Notes under the pieces: model-generated
Databases searched by the model: none
What the model was told of the DNA's origin: nothing
Seen by the model: only the letters and a program-made list of their open reading frames with translations
Shown here: piece by piece, positions 38,901 to 50,900 of the stretch
Layout: every line of letters starts with the position of its first letter
Numbering within the stretch: position 1 is the first letter of the stretch
Position numbers and translations under genes: made by a program
NCBI GenBank assembly: GCA_002633005.1
Contig: NMRA01000060.1
Coordinates: 383,357 to 447,356, forward strand
Reading direction: 5' to 3'
Source: Phoronis australis
Taxonomy: Eukaryota; Animalia; Phoronida
DNA: 64,000 nucleotides

Positions 38901-41900
38901 AATGTTTTGTACACTTTTATTATATATTTACTCATATATATGTGTTCGTGATGCCACTTACACTGGGCGATCTATTATATCAACTACAATCCGATGAAAG
39001 ACACTTGTGTAGACACTACGAAAGTTTGTTGCACAAACTAATTAAAGCAAAGAACAGCTTACTTTTCAATGCAACAAGTATAAAAGAAGGTCTGCTACCC
39101 AAATACACAGATATACATATACATATACCATACATATATTATACATATACATATATATAGTGAATAACCCATGTCTGTTGTTGAAATCCTACCTACCGTG
39201 GATTTGTCTGTTGGCATAAACACCGTATCTAGTAGTGACTGACGAATACCTGCAGAATAGAAAACAATTTAGAGTCAGATAACAGTTGACCAACTTAAGT
39301 GCACGTCACAACTACATGTAAACAAATTTGTGAAAAATAATAGTCGTTATTCTTCAGTCTAATGCCCGTAAGGTGACCAAAACTAAAACATGGGTCAGGT
39401 TTGTACGAAAGTTATAAAGTTGAATACCAACAACACATCATATTACTGAGTGGCACGTTAGCACTGTTGAACAACAGCTTTTGTCAAGTACCAATCAAAC
39501 TTTTCCAGTCACTAAGATTGAAAGTTTTTAGCAACTGACAAACTGGCATATTCGTTAATATACCAAACACTTTTACATCATGATAGTGAGTTTAAATTTA
39601 CATGTCTCCTAGTGCGAAATCTGCGACAACATGCACAGTACAAGCTGTATCAAGTTACGGTGCAATACATGACATAACATAACTTAACAACATCGAGCAA
39701 TAAATAACCATAGGGAATGTAAAATCATCCTGAACAGAAGTTGCAGAGACCCTGCAAAACATGGTGGGGTAAACAAATAAACCAGAGTAGTCAGTATTCC
39801 TCCGCAATGAACCACAAGCAGGAAACTTTCATTCACACGCAAAATTTTTCCGCAAACACTATTTTTTCGGACATTCAGTATTATCGTTCCCAAGCACAAC
39901 AATTATGTTTTGTGAACATCTCCGCTTCCTCGAACCACAGATCTTTCCTTAAAACAGCATTCTTTTCCCACAGACAACTGTGCGTGAAAAGAGAATGCCA
40001 CAACTGAAAATGTCGATTGACGATATCAGGAAGACTGGCGACTCTGAAAACAAGCACAACTCAACAACAGCTAACGTACCAGCTATCCAGGGCGAAACCA
40101 AAATGGATCAACAGTGAATTAGGTCAACCACAAAAAAGACACTAGCATTGCTAACTAACACACCACCAAAGGTATAATTAACTAGGTGTTGCCATGTTTG
40201 ACGCTTGTTATATAACAAACCAAGTAAACATTTTAGCAGAGATTAATCTCTGTGCTAAATTAGTAGTAGTAGTTATACGGACTGGTACCTTAAGTCCTGT
40301 AACTAAACAATCAACATTAACCGGGTTGTTAATATTAAGACATTGATCTACACTATTTAAAATTATTTGGAAGCCCCAACCAAATGTAACAATGTAACAC
40401 AAACATTTGTGAAAATGTTGGAACTTAAGAAATTTACTAGGTTCAACAAAATGATGTCTCAATGTAAAAAGTTTCATGCGCAGGGAATTCCAATTAACTT
40501 TACTACAAAAAGAAAATTCAACAATAAAATTCAATCATTCTTTTTTCAAGGTGTAGTCAATTATTCGCATTACCAAGTCACAGCACCTGACATCAGAGTC
40601 AGGATATGGCCATAACCCATCATACTGCAGTTCTCTGCACCGTTACAAAACAAACAAATTTATTTTGTAAAGTCTAGTAACTCCAACTGTAACTTGTAAA
40701 TACTATTAACTCCGTCGGTAATTTGTCAAAACATACAACATACCAGGATTGTGTCCCAGGGCGTACAGCAAGCAGAGAGAAAACAGCGCTTGATAGTCGT
40801 TGTCCACGCATTCCAGTGCATTAAAGATGGCCTCCAAATATGGCCGTTCGGCCAGCGAGAACTCTGTCTGGACCAGAGGCTCTCCGAGAGGGACGGCGGT
40901 GACGGTGCTGGCGGATGTGACCAAAAGTTTCTCGTCATCAGTGGTGTTGTTAACGCGTGTTTCACCTGTGAGATAAAATCCCGAATTATTATAGGAGATA
41001 ATAAAAATATACAGCTGCATGATCCTGTCATGAAAAATAAGGAAACTTGAATTCACCAATAAGCCGATTCACAGCTGTTTTATCAAACCACCTCTAGTAC
41101 ATGCCGTGTGCAAACAATGTCTGGGATACAATACATGGTGAAAGGTAAGGGTCTATGATGTCAGTAAAATTACAAGAAACTGTGCAATCACCAATTGCGT
41201 AACAATTTCAATATAATGTCAGCGCTTGGTTTGGCAACCTACAGGTAACTGATGAGATCTCAGATTGTATTTGGCGATCTAAAATTTTTGGCAGATCGCC
41301 AAGTTGGAAATCATCCACGTTAACAAGAATTAACAATGCACGGATCCCTGCAAGCACATACAAGAAATTCAAGAAGTACTGAATGTTGACAACATGACTG
41401 CCAGGTCGAGTTCATTATGCTACACACACAATACATATAAATTGCACGGCAGTAAATATGAGACATGGTAACAATTAAGACACAGATGAAATAGTAATAC
41501 ATTAAAACGGATTGAGATAACAATATGTCCACCACCAGAATAACAGCGGAAAGTGAGACACTTATATTGGAGAATTTGGACGCACACACCTAGCGCTGCA
41601 CTTTCTGTCTCCTCAGCGTCCGTGTAGAATGTGGAGCGTCGCCGAGGCGCGGGTGATTCAGCCTGGCGGAAGCTCTCCAGGGTCTCAGCAAGGGTCTCCT
41701 CAGGGGGAATAAATCCAGAGACACGAGAGCGAGGCTAAGGGTGAAACAGATTTCATTAATAGGTGACATCAAATGCAACAGTCTAAATAGGTCTTTCTGA
41801 AACTGAAATCACGCAAATAACATTAAAACTTAAGTTAATTTAAGACCCTAGGAAAATGACTGATTGTTTTAACATTAGAACATGATACCTCATAAATTTT

Positions 41901-44900
41901 TTATCAGATTCCTGTGAAACTTTCAAATGCCATGCCATTTTGCTATAAATGCACCTTTCTTTTTGCTAAATTTTACTATAACACATGGTCACATGACCAC
42001 ATTGCCGGCAGATTGGTATCAAGTCAAAAATCAAACTCTACAAGCTATCTACTCCCAACAAAATCTATACTTTTACCAAAAGTTCAAACCTATAGTGTGG
42101 TAAATACTTGGCTGACTACACTTACTCTTAAGCATTATTCCGTTTTATTTGAACAAACAAGAAAATGTAAGACCGGCTCTGCTCAGCGAATGAGATCAGT
42201 TGCATCACCGCCTCCAAAAAATTCGGAGTCTCCTTCATCAGGGAGGAAATATTCTTTTCTCCAGGAAAAATTGACACTTGTTTGCACCCTAATTACGTGA
42301 TAAATTTCACAACGTTAACGTTACACATCGAGGCACTAAATAAAGTAACTTTTACCAGGGCTGCGTTCCGTAGACTAAAACACTAGTGAGATCACATGCT
42401 TCAGTTGTAATACATGCCGATGTTGTGCAAAGTCTTTCGTGATATTGCGCACCAGCGAAATTTTAGCACCTACAGCGCACAGCCCAAGAGTCACTTAATC
42501 ACAGCCTCGAAGGAAGAGATTTGCTCACATGCCTTATTGTATTCATGGTACACACGATGCAATTATTATGGTAAATATGAACCCCGCTATTTCCCTACAA
42601 GGTATTCCAGTAAAACGGGACACGTAATGAGACTCACTCCTCCGACAATATTTGTATTTTCACCATCCACACACTCAATTGCCGAGTTGAAGATAATTTC
42701 CGTCAACTGCTCCACCAGGGGCTTGTGGGATAGAATCAGGAACACCTAACAAATGTAAGGCAGACAGCTAAGAAAACAAGACTAAATGCATAATTCTAAA
42801 ATCTCATTCTTACAAATGTACAACAAATGCAGAAGTATATACTGCGGTAGCGATAACAAGTGATTAAGAATTACCAGACAGTCTTCCTACACACTGTACG
42901 TTGGTCACATCGCGTAACCTATAGTTAAGTTTGAAAAAATCACAACATATTTGTCACAAAATTATACTTAACGAGAAGTGAAAAACTAAAAAAAAAATAT
43001 TTTTCAGGTCCTTTCTAGTTGTTCATGTTTACCAGACTTTAAGATTCCACCATCCCACTTCTCAAAATCTTACCTGAGACAGCAAAAACAATGAAACAAC
43101 ATGGCTGACTCTTGTCTGGCTTCCCTGCAAGCAGAAAATCAAATGGTTGTAATAATTCTTGTCCAAGCTACCTTTTATGGTCAAAATGTTATAAATGCTC
43201 CAAAATAATTCTCCACTCAGGTCTCCATGATAGCAAGTAACAGCATATGTTCACGAAAACAACAACGGTTTTAAAACTTGACATGTTTCGGTGTCATTTA
43301 TTAAACACCATCCTCAGAAGTCGTAATACAGTGGCCACCTAGCTAGGCCCAGCAACAAGTAATGAAGCACAGATACAGTCAGTTACAGGGAGTGACAATG
43401 AACTAGACCAACAATGACAACCTGTGGTGTGTCAGTTGCCTATTGAGATTGGCTTGCACCAACTGATATGCAAAGCCTCACGAATTTTAAGCTCCTTTGT
43501 TGTTACTGCCTGGTCTATTATTGCAAAGTCATTGAAAGAGCACTCCACTCACGCCTAGCAATGGCACTGGCCAATCAAATTACACCCTACCTGCTCTTGT
43601 CGTCTGCTTTTCAACATAGAGCAGACGTAAAGGGGTGTAAGCAGACGGTTGAGCAGATGGTCGGTAAGCACATCATTCAGCGAGTCAATGTCCAGACACA
43701 AGATGTCGTTCAGGTAGTGTAAGTGGTCCAGATGTTCAGCAACCAGGTCTGACAGGCGATCCCGACTACGGTGACTGCAAATGGAAACATAAGAGTTTCG
43801 TTGAGCTGTGATTTACGTATTGTTCAACGGCCAAATCTAAAGCTACACAGTACTCCTGCTGATGTTGCAGTGTTTAACCACAATGCTGCACACCAATGGA
43901 GACTCACTAATCATTATTTACAGGAACATTATTTTCACCATCATCATTCTAATACTGACAAGGTTTTACTGTTGCATAGTAATTTGCAAAGAAAACAAAA
44001 AATCAAAAAAGTAAACGTCGTGCGTGGCCTACAGTTCATTTCTTGTCCATCTCACATAAGACATGTTTAGCAGCCTAATCTTTTGAAATCGAGGACAATC
44101 TACAATGCGTTTTTCTACCTACATTTGACTTTTGGTATTATTGAATTTCAGACTTTCAACAACAAAAAAAATCCCAGATGACACAAAAATGTCCATACAG
44201 CGTTACAGAGTTATTCCAACACAAGGGAAAGATTTCATTGAATAGCAGGAAGAGCTTAACACAAATCTTCCCAGAGTCATGCGATACGTACTCCGCATCA
44301 TTGCGTACGCAGCTGTCAACATCCAGTATATGGTTGCCAATGAACCAGACCAGGTTGGAGAAGTAGGGCGCGGCCGTACGGTCGCGAATGTAGCGAAGCA
44401 TGGCCTGGTCTTCCACTGAAACATCAGAAGGACACAGCAATAACACGTGACAAATGTAGCGAGAGAAACTTTTTTATTTTTTATATCATATAAAAACATA
44501 CATTGCTATATGACAAGGTGGCCAGCAAAGGCACAATTTAATAGATATTAATAATTAACAAGAACAATATAGATAATATCTACAATGAAATAAAATACAA
44601 GTTTAATTAAAAACGTAAATTAGAGGAGGATAACTTGACAAATATCATTCTTTCGCCCCCAAACAAACTATTTCAATCACACCACTAAAAAACAAACATG
44701 AAAAGCTCTGTCCTTCAGACAAAACTACCAGTAAATGGCAGTAATGACTTCCTAAAACCTCATGTCAATGTAAATAAGCTAGGAAATGGTGTAAATATAC
44801 CAAGAGATTTTAGAAACAATGTTAATGGCAGGATATTTCATTAGAAGACGGATAATACAATTTGCATGCTCCTAACTATGCTAATGTTTAGCAGAACTAA

Positions 44901-47900
44901 ACGACAATGCTATTTTAACCTAATCTACGCTACACAAAGTGCAGATGTAATGATTGACAATTTTTAAATGTGAAAACAACAAATTCTGCAGATAAATGAC
45001 CTTTGCACTAGAGAAAACCTCGCGGACTCACATAGCCCGCATCATGAAGTGTTATTCACCAGCACATCAAGACACTTACTGGACATGGTTCAGTGATTTG
45101 CAAAATTTCGGAATAAAAATATTTGGCTAACTCTCAACAGAATATGTGTTAATTTCCACCTACTTTCCTTCCAGGTTATTGAAAACTTTAACGAAACCAA
45201 ACAACAAAATTTTAGAACTACTGTGTAGAAACCTGGTGCAAAACCACCCGCCAGTAACATACCTTTAAACACGTTCAAAGTGATGGTGCGGACGGCTATT
45301 CGCACCATGCTCTCAGAGTGGTTGAAGAACTTGATGCCTTCTGTGTAGAGGGCAAAGTCATTGGTGTGCTGCAAGAACATGGGAAATAGACACAAAAGTG
45401 CTTAACGTTTTTTAACAAGAGCAACGCGGAGCGTTGAAATGCGCCCACAATTGCACCGCATACGGTATCCTTCTAGGGTTGTTTATTGGTACCATAAAGT
45501 GAACAGTAGAGGGCATACTTTGCAAAATGGAAAGGCATGGTCATTGTTTCCTCAATAGGCTAGGGGCAAAATGTGAGTAATCTTCATAATACAAGCACAT
45601 CCTATACACCAGTTGCTTAAAGCACCACAGAAACATAGAATTAAAAACAAANACAACTGCCATGGGAGCAGCTTCATAATTAACAAATTAAAAGAACTCC
45701 CCCAAGAGCAAATACTTTTAAATAGTCAACAATAAATTGACGAAACAGAAATAAATTGAGCATCGTGACAAGTCTTCACATGCTGGTACAGTTTTCGTTA
45801 AAATTCACTTGCAGTAACCATGTCCACCAAATAATTTGACAACCTCATGAAATCTACCTGTACTTCACAGCATGTAAATATCTATAGCATATCTGTTTCC
45901 AAGAAAAATACAATTAACACCGAGACGTCCATATCATCGTAAACCCTTACCTCATTATAAAAGAAGTGTATTGTGTGCCTGTTGAGTTTCAGCGACAATG
46001 TCTTTAGGAAGGAAATGTAATACGCCATAACCTACAAAAATATTCAGTTAACTTTTTTAAAAAACTAGAACATCAGGACGATCATTTAAACAAGTTTTCA
46101 GTGAAGGTAACTCGCACGGGAAAACACAGCAAGTCCCCAAGTTTCATAGTCCACCACAAAGACGTCTGATAACAGGGATAGTTTCTGTGATTACAACGTG
46201 CATCACGTAACATTGTTACAGCTTTCATTTGGTGCAAAATATCCAACTTATGAAACAGGTATACACAATTGTCCTCCAAATACAAACACCTTTCATTTAG
46301 AAGTCGGACACTGAAGCATTTCTAGTAGCATGCCTATAAATGAAACTGACCTTTGACATCGGACTGACATTAATACTAATTTTTATTTCGAGCCCACATC
46401 AAATGCACCAAGCCATTATTAGTTAGCTGTTCATACGACTAAAAGCGGCCAACACCCCTATGAATAATGATTTATAATGGGTCAAAGTCTGGCTTATTTG
46501 TTCTAGCCATGTGACCAAATGCACAGCAAGCATGCAAACGTGTTCAGCAAAGACAGATTACGTTGTTAGATTTATCATTCAATATCACTTACAACTCACA
46601 TGTTAACATACTATTCAGACATCATCTCAAAACAGACAAGCAAACGAGAAAGGTAACGGAATCTCAAGGGTTTATAACTTCAGTTATTCGAAACGCTGCA
46701 ATTGACATGTATTACCTCTTCATCAGAGAAGTCAAACTTGTGTTCAATGATAGCATTGACGTGGTTATTGGACAACAGATAGTCTGAAACAAAGAAAAGG
46801 CTATTAGCAAAAACGGTTTGAAAACAACACAAACGTTAAAATGAAAACAAAAATACCGAAACTCACACACATATTGGACTGCATACAACAGAAAAAGTTC
46901 GGATTTCTATAAAACAAACTATCAATAATTACTGTCCTCTCTTTTTAAGTCACAAAATTGATTCACTGACTGAAAAACCAGGAAATAAAACCATTTTTGG
47001 TGTTTAGACGATTGTAAATAGACATTCCCTGTTTAGAAAGCTTTTTAAATAATCTCCATCAAATGTTATATTTAAGTCTCTAAAATTAGAGACTTATTTT
47101 GAACTTTGTTTTCGAAGATTGAGATAATGAAGCATGAATGTTTGCCTCTTAATGACATTCTAATGTTCAAAAGCATTCAGGTTTTCCCATGGCAATTCAT
47201 AGATGGAATTCACTTTCAGACCTGGTTAGATGCCTCTAATCATTTCTCCAATAGTCTATATGAAAGTCCAGAAGCTAGGAATTACAAACTATAAAGTCAT
47301 GCAAAGGACAGTGTTCATAAATAGTCTCACCTATGATGATATCACATTACACGCCATTTGATGTCACATTTTTAACTAGGCTCAGGTGTTCATCCACTTA
47401 ATGGAGCTTTTGATAAACATTGTATGCATGTAGTAAAAAAAAAACAAAAAATCTACTGTATTAAAAACGCAGCTAGATTCCCATCAGAATTTCAGATTGT
47501 ACATGAGAATGTTCTGTAAAGATTTTTAGCAGCAAACTTCTCTCCGGTCCCGTCATTCTTTATGTGATAACTTGACAAAATAGTGCAAATCTTTTCCTCA
47601 GTATCTTACAATAGCATTATAATTCATAATAAAACTAGAGCCATACTCACAGACAGACGTCTCACTGCTGATGTTCTCAAACAATATGTTGAGAGTCTGC
47701 AGCAGTTGGACACATATATATCGGCCGTACTTCTGACGAAGGTAACGGAGGAAGAAAGAGAGCATATTCTTCTCCAGAAAGAAGCTGAAAGACAACACAG
47801 AGTTTATTAAACTCAGTACAGACATCAAGTCTCTCATACTATTATGATGAACAATCTCCTCAATGGGTGTGTCCTCTCTTTCAGTTTTTAAAGCATCAAC

Positions 47901-50900
47901 TGAGTTACCGAATTATTTTCCATTCCATACTTTTGATTTTGCGCTTTGTCATTGAGTACAATACCAGCATGTACGGTACCACCTGAATGTAATCAAGGCC
48001 CCAGCCACTTATTGTCACGAGGGCCTGACATTTTTAGAAGACAAAGAATGATATTCAAGCAAAAGCTCAAAATTTAAAAAAAAACATGGCGGACAAATGA
48101 AAATTTTCCATAAAATGTAAGTAGTACAACAATAACTGTTTTATACCATATCTACCAACATAATTACTTTAAACCATTGTAGGCATTCACAATAATGATA
48201 CAAGACGTTGAAAACTGAAAAAGAGATAATTACACATCTCTTCTTGTCCAAAATTAGTGAAACTTTAATATGCAGCAAGCAACTGACTTCGACTTCCAAC
48301 CAGCAACACAAGCATTAACCGAATATGTTTCAGTACTATATATCAGTAAGTTGCCTGGAACAGACACTGGGGTTAAATTTAGAAGGGGCCTTACTCAAAC
48401 ACTGAGCTATCATTCTGGTCCCCCCAGATGAGAATCTCAGAGATCGACCTCAGTGTCTCCACAAGCAGTCCAGTGTTGTTCTCTGTGACTGTCTGGTTCT
48501 TACTAAGAACCGAGTAAAGGTATCTGAAAAAGAATACAGAAAATGTAACACATGCAACTAGAAAACAAGCATTTATTCCCGTTTAAACACAGAAAAATGC
48601 TAAATTTCTTACTCCCTGTTCACCTTCTGTCTGAAATACAAGGGCTTTCACCAGTATAGTTTTCTCTAATGAATCACAGGCAAGAAACTGGTTCTTAGAA
48701 TCCAGGACCCCCTCCAACGTGAAGGGTTTTCACCATTTCCCTAGTACTGTGCTATAGATGTGAATGATTATTATTGTTGATGGTGCTTTGTTGAGGGTTT
48801 GTGTTAAATGTAAAATCGTCTGATGTTTTGGCCAGCACTTTAAGGAGTCACAACACTTGCTTTATACAACACACATGGGTTGGGGAAAGAGGGTTATTGT
48901 ATTGGGCCTATTGTAATGACTTCACTGCAGCATAAAGAATGTGCTTCAACAACGCCTGCCATAAAACTGCTGGACAAAATGAGAGCATGCCTGTCTAGTT
49001 AAAATGCCAGCATTCTCACTAAAGCCATACTCCATTTGAGTCCACTAGCATTTCTGTAGCATACATACATCTGACATTAACGATCCAAGCACTCTTTGCT
49101 CATTGATTTTGGCTTGCAATCAAGGATTGGGAATTGTGGCAATTTTTCAGGAAATTAATTTCAAATTTGCGGTCAGCGCCAAACTGATGAAGTGGAACAA
49201 CGAACTTTGAACAATCAGGATTAATGTCAAACGAGCCAGATTAAACGAAGAAATTATTCAGAATGTTACGATGGGGAATTCCATGGGATAAACTGAACGG
49301 GACCCATCGAAGTTAACACAACAATAGAAATGTACTTTGTCCCAGAGGTAAGCAAATACATTGGTTTCGTTCACCTGGCTTTGGTACATCAGGCACACTT
49401 TCACAGGTCACGTTGGAAACTGTCAAGGTGAATGGGCGTGGAATTTGGAAATCTCATTGGTCTACCATTTAAAAGTACTGCCATTGAAAGGTATCTTTAA
49501 GAAAGAAGATTCAGTTCGGTTCAAAGTTAATTAAATCCAACGAACTTGTTTTATCCACTCATTCTACATTTTCTTGTTTGTGATTGATGTCGGGAAGGTG
49601 ACGAACACATCACACATCCACAGATATTTGTCAGCTTTATCCAACTTTATCCCATCGGAATTGCAGTCCGCAGCACAGCAGCAATACTTAGATGGCATTG
49701 GAAGGGCATAGAGCATTTCACCAACGGCGCAAAAATGCCAGGATGCAAAAATGTTGGACCAGATGGATATTACGACATTGTACCCATACATACAGCGAGA
49801 TTCGTGTGTCACAGTGCAATGGGGGATGATGCATTCAATACATGTAAGATTACATTGTTTACAAGACATGGAGTTTATAGGCTAGTTGATGCAGCTACCC
49901 AATGCCACAGAATGACAACCCTGACCACACCCATGTGTCCGACTGTAGAGGTCATTAACATTTATCTCACCAATTTCAGACAAAAATGACTGCCACAAGT
50001 GACCTTTTTCACCTTTCAAAACCTTCTAACATTTTGGTGAAGAAAGACTATTTCTCAAAACACATTCTGGTGGCAGCAAATTTAAAAACAACAAACCAAG
50101 CACATATTTGACACTACTTAATCTTTGAGGGAAAAAATATTTTAGTATTTGTCAAGCATATGACACAGTGCCATCCTAAATTGGTGAGATATGATCAGAC
50201 CCCAGAAATGAAAACAATACCATGTCAGTGACACCACTCAATGCACATAAGTCTATTCGCATGTAAAACTGTTGCTTAAGACTAAAACCTAATAACCTTA
50301 GCACTTTACACAGCTATTCAAGGATATGTTCTCATGAAATTAAACCCTGGACTTCTACTATGAGATATGTGATATTGAGTACTGATGAGGTTGTTAAGAA
50401 TGTTACACGGATTTATAGATTTAAGGCCTTTCAAAGAGGCTTCGAAACTTCGATGTTAACAAAGTTTAGTTTTCAATGAGAACACTTAACTTTGGTCTAG
50501 AATCGAAGTTAACATTGTGAGTTAACCCTGATGTACTTATTAAAGAGGTGAATTCAACAGTGAAGTGTGGACACTTCGCTACAATGGGAACACTTAACAT
50601 TGATGCCACCGGAGTAATCGGCAGGGGTCACTGCCTGTGCCTGCCAACAGCGGGCGGTGCCTGGTTAATATTTGTTGAATCTGAAGCGAGCACCATTTCA
50701 TTGCTTTTGCAAGCACCAAATTAGAGCTTAATATGCCTTCAAAAGAGCAACGCGGAGCGTTGAAATGCGCCCACGAATGCATTGCAAATGGTGTGCTTTT
50801 AGGGTTATTTATTTGTATCATAAAATTGGCAACTAGATGGCGCAGAAACATACAATCCATCCAAAAACAGGAACATGCCATATTTCATAAAAATCTGTAA

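Noticed and set aside
41250-41275. CTGATGA plus short stem as hammerhead
   Set aside because: No GAAA, no stem I or III
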